This document shows positions 37,348 through 49,178 of a DNA stretch of 64,000 bases, piece by piece. Each line of letters begins with the position of its first letter. Positions within the stretch are counted from its first letter, which is position 1. The notes below the pieces were generated by a model, which made no database searches, had not been told where the DNA came from, and worked only from the letters and a program-made list of their open reading frames with translations. The stretch comes from Heptranchias perlo (Eukaryota): the NCBI RefSeq assembly GCF_035084215.1, contig NC_090351.1, positions 16,988,001-17,052,000 of the forward strand, in the 5' to 3' direction. Position numbers and translations under genes: made by a program.

Positions 37348-38060
37348 GTTGCAGAAATTTGATGGAGCCCGAAAATGGGGACGTGCCTGTTAGTGTTGAC
37401 CTGGGTAGCATGTAATATTCGTGCTGCCTGTTCCTTATCATCACTCAGGCATGCCAGCACTACCCTGCTGATCTTAACGACCGGATTTCATTTAAATAAA
37501 AGATCCGGAGACCTGGCCAGATTCACTACCTGGCCGGTGGGTGGGAGCGGGAATTTGGCAGCAGGAGGCCGCAGCCGGTGAACCCTGGGAATAATCCCTG
37601 GCAGTCAGTGAAAGGAGAGCTCTGTAGGCGATTGGGGGGGGTGGGGTTCCATCGTGACCAGGAGGAGGCTGGGGCTGGGGAGGCTCAAGGACTTCTTGAA
37701 GGGGCCTGTGGGGAGCATTCCTGCTCCACCTGGGCCACAAGGAGATCTAAAAGAAGCACATTTTTTAAACTTACCTTGGTCTCTTCTGGCCAGCTGGCTC
37801 CTCCCACCGTTGTTCTGCTACTGGGCTGTGGACAGCGCGGGGTGCCCCCTGACTTCAAGTAAATATTACGTCCCGGCGCTGATGTTGTCATTCGGCCATG
37901 ACTTTTGTATGTTAAGTAGACCCAGCCTGCCTTTAGCGGGAACCTCATCGATGGCATGATTCGCCATCATAAAAATTACAGCGGCCGGGAACTAGATTTT
38001 TCAAATTTTATCCTGTCCCACACACCATTCTCGCTGGACGAGGGGGTTAAAATCCTGGCC
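37348..38060. mobile_element. Probable Harbinger-type MITE
   Basis: GC-rich ~700-bp island ending GGGGTTAAAATCCTGGCC; internal TTTTTTAAACTTACCTT motif shared with 4478-5050; left TIR degenerate. Confidence 0.5.
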
Positions 38061-38239
38061 TATAACACAGAAACAGACCATTTGGCCCAGTCAGTGTTGC
38101 TTTTTATCCTCCACATAAGCAGTAGACCTAATCCCATGTGCCCCCCCCTCCCCAGTTCCCATATCCCTTTTATCCCTCTTTCCATACCATAGAATCCTAT
38201 CTGATTTATTTTAGAGCTTTCTAAACAAATTCCAGCTTT

Positions 38240-38643
38240 CAATCACATCTTGGCCAATGATGGCCTTGATTTTAAAACTCTCATCTTTGTTTTCAAATCT
38301 CTCACTGCCTCGCCCCTCCCTATCTCTGTGACCTCCTCCAGCCCTACAACCCTCTGAGATCTCTGCGCTTCTGCAATTTTGGCCTCTTGCGCATCCATTA
38401 TTTTAATCACTCCACCATTGGCGGCCATGCCTTCAGCAGCCTAGGCCCTAAGCTCTGGAATTCCCTCCCTAAACCTCTCTGTCTCTCTACCTTTCTCTCC
38501 TCCTTTAAGACACCTCTTTAAACCTATCTCTTTTACCAAGCTTTTGGTCACCTGTCCTAATATCTCCTTATGTAGCTCAGTGTCAAATTTTGTTTGATAA
38601 CTCCCCTACTTTAAGCTGCTATATAAATGCAAGTTGTTGTTGA
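38240..38643 (+). mobile_element. L2 LINE 3' end
   Basis: FKTLIFVFKSL..APPYL..LLQPY remnant; tail GCTATATAAATGCAAGTTGTTGTTG. Confidence 0.88.
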
Positions 38644-39599
38644 TGTAAACACTGAGAGGCCTGATTTGAAGCTTAAAATAGGACTGTCCCTCGTGTATAT
38701 TCTGTTCTTCTTCTTTGTGATTTATATTTGAGACTCAACCATTGCTCCCCCGAATCGCGCCTCGACTCAATTTTACATTTAAGAAGCTTTGCACTTTGAA
38801 ATTACTCATGGCATTTTGTCTGCTAATGTACTCAATAATGACTTTATAAAGCCATTACTAAGATTTGGTTTTAAATTTTTGATGACATTTTACAAGATGA
38901 ATTCCCAACTTTTTAAGTTAATCTGCAACAAAAAGTCACAATTTTTAAAAATAATTTTTTTTTGCTTCATTTCAACAAAAAAACTCTTTTTCAAAAGACA
39001 TTGATATCAAAAATAATTTGTATGGTTCCTTGTGCGCTGGCTGTCCTCAGACCTCGCCTGAGTGACCATTATTCATCTGAGCACTGACAGTACGTGTCAG
39101 CAGGCTTTTAGAGCGTGGGAAACATCACAGCTGAACACAATCCTGTCATCACCTGACGACCTGACATGTATACTCTCACCCTCACACTCACATCCTCACA
39201 GTCAGTATGGTTTAATACAACAAAATGGAGTACTTTGTCCACAGTATATTATGTTTCTTTCTTTATTGTATCTCCAGGTTCTAGATAGATTCTCAGCTCA
39301 ATTTGGAGACTGTGCATTTCATTAAGCCAGTCTACTTAACCCTAGAGCCAAAACAGGCTGTGGTAAAACCATGTACTTAGTATGGTAATGATAATTGCAA
39401 CCTTTACTGTCTTGCTTTGTTCTCAAGTTAGTCAGTCAAGATAAAGGAAGTTGGGATCAGGTGTGAACTGATTTGCGTCTGGCATCTATTGTGTAGCTCA
39501 GGTCAAGTACCATTACGTCTGCAGGATGTGATTAACAGCCACATGCCTGTGAAAACTCACAGTGCCTAGTTTCCAACTCAGCAGGAGATGGTACACAAG

Positions 39600-40352
39600 G
39601 GGCCAGAAATCGAGCAGAATGACGAGGCAATGCTCACCGCAGTTCCTGCGAATTTAATTAACGAAAATACTTACTGTGGGCTCTGTGGTGTCCAATTGCT
39701 TGAATTTAAAGTTTAAACAAAATGTGCGCTATCAACCCAGCCTCTGAGCAGCGTGAGTTGCCACGCAGCTGGAAACGTCTGTGAGGAGAAGGCACGCCCA
39801 CAAAATCTGTCAGGAAGAGAAGTCCCGTCCACAGATTCAGGCTGCATTGCTCAAACAGGCAAGCAGACTTCCTGTAAATAAAAATTTTAATTTTTTTTTA
39901 AAAAGCCAATGCAATAATTGAAGAGACAGAAGGGAAAAATTTTTAAAATTCTTTTAATTTTTTTTAATGACCAAAAACTATTAAAATAAGGAATAATATT
40001 AGACTCCACATTTTTAAAAGTTAATTTTTAGTTGTTTGGCAGTCATTAAGACTAACCGCGCTTTTAAAACTTAATTTCGATCTGATATTTTTAAGCGTAC
40101 CTGTTTTGTGGCCTAATTAGTTACTTTCCAGCTGGGCAGGTGAGCAAGTTGGCGCTTTTTCAATGATTTCCCTGATTGCAATGTCCCTTTAATTCGAAGC
40201 TGTCATATCGCCGGTGAACCACTAGGAGCAAGTTCACAATTTCCGCGTTTTACTGTGCATGTGCAAACGCAGGAACTTGCTCCTTCAATTCACCACTAAA
40301 AACTGAGAGTGCTGTTGAGCTCCACCGTTATTTTGGGAGTGATTTCTGGCCC
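39600..40352. mobile_element. PIF/Harbinger-type MITE (753 bp)
   Basis: Perfect 12-bp TIRs GGGCCAGAAATC / GATTTCTGGCCC and 3-bp TSD AAG (39597-39599, 40353-40355); no coding capacity seen. Confidence 0.9.
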
Positions 40353-40704
40353 AAGGTGTTTGTGGGACAGATTGACTGATAGCTCTAGATCCGAGCTGAA
40401 GGATATATTTTGGCAGCCGATTCCAGCTCTTCTGAGCTTATAGAGATAGAGGCGGTAACCTCTGTGTCAGTAAGAAAGAATCTGCATTTATATAGTGCCT
40501 TATTATGTCCTCAGTATGTCCCAAAGTATCTTACAATGAATGGATTACTTTTAACGTACAGCAAACAAATTACCAGATAATCTGTTTTGGTGGTGTTGGT
40601 CGAGGGAGGAATTTGGCCAGGATAACAGAAGAACTCTCTGCCCTACTTCAAATAGTGCACTGCCCTATCTCCCAAGTCTTCTTATTCATTATCACCTAAA
40701 TAAA

Positions 40705-41367
40705 TTTGCAACCTTGCCGTCCTATTTGATCTCGAACTGAGCGTCCAACCACAAATCCTCTCCATCACAAAACCGCCTACTTCCACCTCCATAACATTGC
40801 CTGTCTCCGCCTCTGCCTCAGCCCATCTGCTGCTGAGACCCTCATCCATGCTTTCGTTACCTCCAGACTTGACTATTCGAACAGTCACCTGACCGGCCTC
40901 CCAACTTCTACCTTCCATGAACTTGAATTCATCCAAAACTCTGCTGCCCGTATCCTAACCCACAAAAAGTTCTGCTCACCCATCACCCCTGTGCTTGCTG
41001 ACCTACATTGACTCCTGTTCCACCAATGGCTCAAATTCTCATGTTTATTTTCAAATCTCTCCATGGCCTCACCCCTCCCTATCTCTGTAACATCCTCTGA
41101 AACCCTACAACCCTCAGAGAAATCTGCCTTCCTCCAACTCTGGCCTCTTGTGCATCCCCCACTTCCTTTGTCCCACTGCCTTTGTCATCTAGACTCTAAG
41201 GTCTGGAATTACCTCCCTAAAATTTCCCTCTCTCCCCTCCTTTAGGACCTTTCTTAAGATCTATCTCTTCTTTGGCTCGGTGTCAATTTATGTTTAATTA
41301 TGCTCCTGTGAATTGCCTTGGGATGGTTCTCTACAATAAAGTGCTATATAAATGCAAGTTGTTGTTG
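40705..41367 (+). mobile_element. L2 LINE 3' fragment
   Basis: AYFHLHNIA, AAETLIHAFVTSRLDYS, PITPVLADLH; standard tail. Confidence 0.9.
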
Positions 41368-41849
41368 CTTTTATGTAAATAATATTCTCATATCTAGAAT
41401 ATTTATTTGAGAGGAGCTCTTAGTCATTGATATGAACAAATATTTTGCCATTTTAGAACATGCATAAAGAGAAAGAAAAAACTTGCAGTTATAGACTTCC
41501 TTTTTTGCAATGTTGATTATTTTTGTTGCTATGACAGTTGGTCTGATTTCTAACCTTAAAGGGGCATCGTCTCCAAAGTATAGAATATTTTGGACAGGCT
41601 ATGTTCATAGAACAGCCAGAAATGTCTGGAGTCCTAAACATAGCTAAAAGTCTGCCAAACTTCAATAGACTTCATTATTCATACCTTTACTCAGGGGCCC
41701 TATCAATGTAGCAAGATACAGTGTAACAGTATTAAGGTAATTGGTTTCTGTCCTCTGCATCCTCTGCATTTACTGACAGAGGATGTACAGTGACATTATT
41801 ACATTAAACTCCTTTTTGATGATGTCAGTAGGATTGGTTTACCTAGAGA

Positions 41850-42448
41850 TAACCAAGACTGCATATTCCCATCTCTGCAACACTGCCCACCTCCACCCTT
41901 ATCTCACCTGCACCAGGGCTTCAATCTCTATCCATGTCTTTGTCACCGCAACGATCAGCTTCTCCAATGCTTTGCTTGGTGGCCCCCAAAACTCACCTCA
42001 TAAGAACGATAACTTGCCCAAATTTCACCACCACATCCTGTCCCATGCTAAGTCCCACTTACCCATCACACCTGCCTTGAAAACATCCATTGGCTCCCGA
42101 TCACTTAACACATTGAATCGCCCTCTTTTATAAATCCCTTCACAGCCTTGCACTACCCTCCCTTTGCAACCTCCTCCAGTCCTATGACCAGCTAATGCCC
42201 TCCACTGTTAGGACTCTGGCCTTCTATATCTCCCCCCAGCCCAGTCCACCAAGCTGCCAGAGCAGTCGGAAACCCCTTTGTCTTGCTATTTCTCTCTACA
42301 TTTTAAAAATTTATGTCTATGACCTTGGCCATGCCTTCAGTCACCTTCCCAGTTCATCTACTACTCCTTGGTGTCTGTTTCTGTCAGTGAAGAGCTGTGG
42401 GACTTTTACTATGTTAAAAGAACAATATAAATGCAAGTTGTGCTGTTG
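41850..42448 (+). mobile_element. Older L2 LINE 3' fragment
   Basis: ITKTAYSHLCNTAHLHPYL..IHVFVT..FSNALL; tail ATATAAATGCAAGTTGTG. Confidence 0.78.
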
Positions 42449-43679
42449 ACACATTTCTACTAGTGTATATGTCAGGGCTGTTATTATGAATGCAAGCTAC
42501 CAACTGGGTACCTTGCTCGCTGGCCACAGATATGGGGAAATTGTTGGCAGTGTGCCCACAATGCTCTCTGCAAGTCGTGCACATTCATAAAATCAGCCTC
42601 TGTGTCTTACTTGATTCCCCGTAATAGCTAGAAGTATTGCTAACACATTCTTTTCATTGGCTAGATTCTAAATGCAAAAGAAATGTGCAGTGACAAGCTC
42701 TTAACATCATATCTCTGACAATAATGTTACTTTTTACCACGGGACCCCTCCTGAAACTCCGTCCCCGAGATTTATCTGAGTGCTGGCGACCATTTCTCCC
42801 GCTGCCCAAACCCAAACTTGTACACTTGCCCACCGGCAGCTGCCGCTTCCTGCCTGCTTCGGACGGACAGCTGACTGGCGGCAAGTGGATGAGACAAGGG
42901 AGGTAAATCGCTCGGGTCTCATGCTGCCGACATTTGGGGTGTGGTGGGGTTAGCACTCGCCCGATTCCCATTCCTGATTAAAATTGGAGCTGGTAAGTGT
43001 TGGAATCCAATGGAGTGTTTTACATTCACATCTATCTATTTAAAAATCCTATGTTGGGCGCTACTCTGTCACATCATGTCTTTCAAAGGCATCACACCTA
43101 AAAGTGTCACACTGCAAAGCATCACACTTCAGGATGTCACACGTCTGTAGGACAAAAATTAGGGTTTGGCTGAAATGAAGACTTACCTCCAAATATCCAA
43201 TACAATAAACATGAATCAATCAAAAGCAATTTGATGTAGTTGGTGAGATCCCACCCAGCATTCTTTGCAGTCGAGATTCCCCCATCCCCCACCCCCGCCC
43301 CCCCCCCAAGCTGGGAAGGAGGGAGAAGGGTGCCGGTAAAAACAGTGCATTTAGCAACAGAGACTATGGTTACACACCCACAACAGCCTGCAATTTCTCC
43401 ACGGGAAGTAAGGAAATATCCGTACAATTTTAGCTATAGCATTCTGCTATACAAGTGTTGCAATGTTTTACATGCCTGCAGCTTTGGTTATGCCAAACCC
43501 ATGCCCCTTTACACTTTCCATGTAACTAGATGGCACAGGCCGGTTGGTATTCTGGGCTGTTTTTGAGTTGCCTGCTTTCTTTGAAGTTGTTGGTCAGCTT
43601 TCGCTAGATCTCTAAGTTGGCATGTGTTCCCCTCAGTGCTCCCAGAACCGAGCTTCTCAAAGCTTCCAAATTCCCATCT

Positions 43680-44580
43680 CTCCCTCGGTGCTCTCAGACT
43701 CCCCTCGGTGCTCTTAGACCACCTCCTCCCCCCTCTGTGCTCTCAGACACACACCCCCACCTTGGTGTTCTCAAACCCTCCCACCCCCTTAGGTGCTCCC
43801 TGACACCTTCCCTCGGTAGTCTCTGACACCCCCACCTCGGTGCTCTCTGACCCCTCCCCACCCCCGGGGCTCTCTGACCCTCCCCCCTCTGTGCTCTCAG
43901 ACCCCCTCCCCCCACACCATCCGTGCTCTCAGACCCACCCCCACCCCTCAGTACACTCAGACCCACCCCCACCTCACTATTCTCAGATCCACCCTCACCC
44001 TTGGAACTCTCAGATCTTCCCCTCCCCCCAGCACCAGTGCACCCAGACCCACCCCCCCACTCATTGCTCTCTGAACCCCCCCCCCCACGACCATCGGTGC
44101 TCTCAGACCCCCCCCCCCACCCCACCACTCCATCGGGGGTCTCAGACCACACCCCCCTTCCATCGGTGCTCTCAGACCCCCCCCCCCCCCTCCGTCGGTG
44201 CTCTCAGACCCCCCCTCCCCCCATCGGTGCTTTCAGAACCACCAATCCCCCACCCTCAGTACTCTCAGACCCATCCCCACCTCGGTGCTCTAAGACCCAC
44301 CCTCACCCTCGGAACTCTCAGAGCTCCCCCTCCCCCCAGCCTCGGTGCTCTCAGACCCGCCCCCCCTCAGTGCTCTCTGAACCCTCCCCACCATCGGTGC
44401 TCTCAGACCCCCACCCTACCCTCGGTGCTCTCAGACCCCCACCCTACCCTCGGTGCTCTCAGACCCCCCACCCGACCCTCGGTGCTCTCAGACCCCTACC
44501 CTACCCCAGTGCTCTCAGACCCACCTCTGCTTTGGTGTCTCAGACACCCCCCTCCCCACTCAATGCTCCCAGAACCCTTT
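43680..44580 (+). repeat. C-rich minisatellite, variable ~25-30 bp unit with GGTGCTCTCAGACC core
   Basis: Roughly 30 recurrences of (C)GGTGCTCTCAGAC followed by C-runs. Confidence 0.95.
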
Positions 44581-45667
44581 CAGTGCTTCCACCTCTCATA
44601 CCTCCTACAGTGTTGCCTGCTCTCTCCATCCCTTATAGTCCCACAAACCAGACCAGAACTGTGCTCCAGATTCCAGACTTTCTGTGAGATCAGCCATAGG
44701 AGACCCTCTAGTTTAGAATAAAGGGTAGTCTCGTGTTTAATACAGGGAGCATTCCTTATCATTAGAGTTGCAGGAGATATCTGAATGAACTTCTATTTAA
44801 ACATGACACTGATAAATTAAATAACTGAGTATCTAAATAGCCCAATCTCATGGCTACGGTTATAAATATCTTTGACACTTAGCCAGCAAAATTATCTTTG
44901 TTTTCCTCATAATCAGTCAAGAGCTTTGAAATGCATTGGGATGCTTTGAGGATTTGAAAGGTAATATATAAATGCAAGTTCTTTCTTTAAATTTCAAAAC
45001 AACACGATTTATTCATTGTTCACCTGCTGTCACATATTAAACAATTCTTAAACTCTTAACAATTCACAGTGCACACAAATAATGTATCTATCTTCCACAC
45101 ATTCACACATACTTCCTGCAATAAATCCACTTATGCCAAGTGGACTTTCTCCTCGGTAACTTTGAATAATTTCAATAATGTAATAACATTCTGTACCCTT
45201 AAATTTAGAATGTCATTGCCCGATCACTTGAAATGGCAATTATCTTATATCCCAGAGAGTGAACTTATTAACCTACTTTCATTAACTATTCACTTGGTAT
45301 CCTTTTTAATATTTGTTTCCTGTCTTAAACACCATCAATAGGATCATATCTATCGCTGATCATTAAGGTTATGTGAGTGGTAAATACTAGGCAGTTGTAC
45401 ACACTAATCCCATAGGCAATAGCATGTATTAATAGGCCAGCTATAGTACACATTGATCTGAAGTGACTTTGACTTTGCATTAATGCAAACTCTGTAAGAA
45501 TTCAGGCACAAAGTCACTTGGATTTGTCAACTCTAAGCCATTCTGTACAGTTGGTGATCTGACAGTGGTACCAGTGGCATAATTATGCCTTTAGTACACT
45601 TAAAGTTAGGCCATCCAGTGGAACATTCCTACAGTGCAATCGTGACTGCATTTCAACAAAAAAAGTG

Positions 45668-45749
45668 TTTCTATAGTGCCTTTCCCGGCCTCAGAATTTC
45701 CCAGAGAGCTCTCTGGGAAATCCTGAGGCCGGGAAAGGCACTATAGAAA
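45668..45749. repeat. 82-bp spacerless palindrome built from a SINE/L2 3' tail
   Basis: 41-bp arms centred on GAGAG|CTCTC with one mismatch (45695/45722); right arm CCTGAGGCCGGGAAAGGCACTATAGAAATG resembles the DeuSINE tail at 21991-22020. Confidence 0.92.
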
Positions 45750-46719
45750 TGTAAGTTCTTCTATAAAACGGAATAATGAAATGAAATAGTTTAATAACCA
45801 GAAACAAGTCTCCAGAATTTTGCTAGCAATTCTACCTCAGTTTTGCATTAGCAGTAAATGAAACAAAATAGTCAAGGAAGCCCCATAACCTGTAAACCAT
45901 GTTTCAGGGGGTATTGTCTTATAATTTGACTAAAGCAGAATTTATTAAAAAGGGGAAGTTACAGGCTCAAAAGATCGGTTATTTACAGAAAGCAGCTATA
46001 GAAGCGCCTGGGCACTAAATAAAGTCTCAAAGAGAAAGAGGGACGCCCAGTACTGCAGAAAGCAGAGCCAGTAACCCCAAAAGAGTGAAGGTGGGTCATA
46101 ATAAATGACCTTAAAGCAAGGGCAATTGTAGAATTATGCCGCTGAAGCAGCAGAAAGGCAATTAGTCACACTTTACCATCTCACGAGCAAGGACGAGAGC
46201 ACATCATCCGGGTCTTCGGTTGATCCAACACACAATTTTGCTCTCAGAAGCTCAGAGAGTGAAGGAATCTGGAAAGTAAGTGAATGAACCCAGCCCGCTG
46301 AATGAATATACCTTCCAAGTAAATGAGGAGCAGCGGCCCCAGATGACAGACTGGGGTAAACGCCTGGCCAGAAATAAAAACATAGTACAGGCACAGAGGG
46401 AGATGGGCAGGATGTTAGAATGAATATATAAATATATATATGGCATTTTACATCAGCTTTTATACAGCTCAGAATCCGTGCTCGTCTAATTTGAAATAAA
46501 AACAGAAAATGCTGGATTTTGCTCTCTAATTCGGACCAATTAGAAACATTGGAAATTGATTTTTTATATAAAGCCCTCTTAGTGGTTACGAAAAATTGCT
46601 CACATTGAAACAAGTGTGAGGAAGCCAATGCTATCAAACCAGATGTAATATCTCCGCATTTCATTTTGCAAATATAAGGAACATTTACATAATTTACAAT
46701 GTTACGGGGGATATAGCTG

Positions 46720-46965
46720 TAAGAGAGTGACGTAAAAGACTAAAGAGATGGACTGTCCCTTTTCAGAAACAGATGATGGTACCAAATGTTCCCAAACCTC
46801 AGTCACACAGTTTTGCCGGTATTTCCCCCAGTCTGCCAATATTTCCTTAATGACTAACTGCTGCGTAGGAGCAAGCCTTTGATCTTGGTAACGTCAGAGG
46901 AGGGTTGGGCGAAGAAATGCTGAATTGAATAAAAAGCCATCTGGGCATGTTGCAACAGATCCCAG
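46720..46965 (+). promoter_or_regulatory. Candidate proximal promoter of the PHLDA gene
   Basis: Repeat-free cluster: CRE-like TGACGTAA 46728, NF-kB-like GGTATTTCCC 46818, CCAAT 46836, AP-1-like TGACTAA 46851, TCF/LEF CCTTTGATC 46876, CRE-like TAACGTCA 46889, TATA-like ATAAAAA 46929, p53 half-site GGGCATGTTG 46943. Motif matches only. Confidence 0.55.
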
Positions 46966-47110
46966 GCAGCAGACTAGCACAGATTGGAGGAGGGGGAGAG
47001 AGAGAGAGAGAGAAATAAAGAAATGAACTAGAAAGATCCATCATCCCAAGTTCTTAGCACAGCTAACATTACAGTGAAAGGGAAGAGTGTCCGAATCACA
47101 ATCAGACAGC

Positions 47111-47506
47111 ATGTCTGAAATGAATGGTCAAAACATCCTAAAGGAAGGGTTGTTGGAGAAAAGGAGCGACGGCTTGCTGCAGCTGTGGAAGAGGAAAAAC
47201 TGCGTCCTGACAGACGAAGGACTGTGCATCCACGACCCGAAAACAAGTCGATCGAAATGCAAGGTGCTGCCCTTTGAAAACATGAAGACGGTGGATTGCG
47301 TGGAGAGGAAAGGCAGATATGTCTATTTCACCATCGTGATGGCAGATACCAAGGAAATCGACTTCAGGTGCCTGGAGGACACGACGTGGAATGCAGAGAT
47401 CACCCTGGGGATGGTGCAGTTTAAAAACCGTCAGGCGATCCAGTCTGTGAAATCCAGACAGCTGGCGCACATCTGCACGCCAACAGCCATCAGCACAATG
47501 TCCTGA
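47111..47506 (+). CDS. PHLDA3: Pleckstrin homology-like domain family A protein, 131 aa, most likely PHLDA3
   Basis: [60 protein letters not shown] are PHLDA signatures; ATG 47111 has A at -3; short, with no polyQ or PQ/PH repeats, which favours PHLDA3 over PHLDA1. Family call is firm; paralog call is less so. Confidence 0.9.
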   Translation: MSEMNGQNILKEGLLEKRSDGLLQLWKRKNCVLTDEGLCIHDPKTSRSKCKVLPFENMKTVDCVERKGRYVYFTIVMADTKEIDFRCLEDTTWNAEITLGMVQFKNRQAIQSVKSRQLAHICTPTAISTMS

Positions 47507-49044
47507 TCCGACCACGCGAAGGTGAGTTGATAGATCTCTTGAAAGAGTCCTTACTTTATCAACACATCATCAGATTGCTGGATTCCCCTAATGAAACCTG
47601 CACTTCGTTTTCTAATAAGCGCGGAAATGAATGAAAAAATATGAATACAGTTAAACGATAAGTGAACTTGATCAACAGGCGATCGTCACGCTAGGTAGTC
47701 ACTGACAAGTTTAAAATACTATTCCTATCATTGAGCAACAAACTCACAAGACTTGAACAGAATATTGTGGAGCTCACAATAGTATCAAATTATTGCACTA
47801 ATATGAAAGAGTCGAAATTTAGTGTCTGTTAGTTCGTAAAGAAATAATCAAGAAACGCTACTGCCGGTATCGTGTAGATATTTTGTTATTTTAGGATCGG
47901 GGGAAATTTTTGCTAAGGTTATTGGTTTAGCTTCACACACCCTGGAACCTGATTTTTAATGAATTGGTACCATTTTAAGAAAACATGTGTAATAATTGTA
48001 GATAACAAAAGACTACAGCTTTGGGCAATTGATACCAGTGACAACCAGAAAACAATAAATTCTACAGGATTGGATCCCAGTAAAGAAATATGAGAAATAA
48101 TGAAGATTTAGTTAAAAAGAAAACTCATTTGAATTAAGTGCATCTGTATAAGTGAGCTTTTTTTCAAGAATCGTAACAAAGATTGTTAATTTGATTGTAG
48201 AACCACATTGTGAATTCAATACTTTAAAATTATTGCTTAGATATAGGACAGAAAGATTGCCCTTGATGTAAGTATAAACATACTGAGATATGCTCTAAGT
48301 ACAAGTTTCAATCTATAGCTACGACCAGCCAAATCTCTTGATTGTGAAATATGTTTATAATATATACAATGTACATGTAAGTTATTTCAATAATATGCAA
48401 TGATTGCATGCCACACATCTGTTACTTGTTCATTAATCACGCAAACCACAAATGGACAACAAACATGGAGCTTCTGAAAAAAATTGTATTAAGGAAGTTT
48501 TATTTTAACCTCAGCTTCTTTCAACTCTTTTTCTCATCATTACAAATAAAGGGAACAGTATTTGCTGAATCATCATGAGTACCAGTTTTCTAAAGTACTG
48601 ACCGCAACTACTGATTTAAAAAAAGGCCACAGTTTTCTGACCTTGCACAGGAACCAACAGGAAGAAACATTTCTGCCACATATTACCAATGATACCAGAT
48701 AGAAGGAACAAATACAAGACTGTCATCTAATCTTTGGTTTAGATGATATTCATAAACCACTCAAGCTTCAATCTCATGTGTTCTGGCATCACCTGAAACC
48801 CCCAATTAGATCACAACCTTTTAAGCAATCCCTGCTCCCAATATTTTATATTTAAATAAAGCATTGAGTAACTTAACAGAAATTGCTTTATATCCTCAGA
48901 TATTAATGATGTAGGTTCATATTTGCAATTGTTTATGCTGTGGTATAATTTTTCTACTGAAAAGAAATTGTCAGGATGCCACAATACTCAAAAGACCCAT
49001 GTAATTGTTCTGTGCAATAGTAGTAACAAACAGGTTAACTGGTC

Positions 49045-49178
49045 ATTTATCTCATTGCTGTTTGTGGGACGTTGCTGTGCGCAAGGCGGCTGCTGTATTA
49101 GCCTAGAAACATAATTCATTGGCTGTGAAGTGCACTGAGGCATTCTGAGGATGTGAAAAGCGCCATATAAATTCAAGC
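49045..49178 (+). mobile_element. DeuSINE 3' fragment
   Basis: CATTGCTGTTTGTGGGAC.TTGCTGTGCGCAA..ATTGGCTGTGAAG..CTGAGGATGTGAAAAGCGCCATATAAAT matches 21880-22020. Confidence 0.75.

Noticed and set aside
43694-44721. Long Pro-rich and Gly-rich ORFs (up to 293 aa)
   Set aside because: They arise in several frames from the C-rich minisatellite; unit lengths are not multiples of three and there is no domain signature.
47087-47110. N-terminal extension of PHLDA from the ORF-track start
   Set aside because: The codon at 47087 is GTG; ATG 47111 has good context and matches the family's N-terminal length.
47138-47515. 125-aa antisense ORF over PHLDA
   Set aside because: Shadow ORF of a GC-richer coding exon with no independent support.
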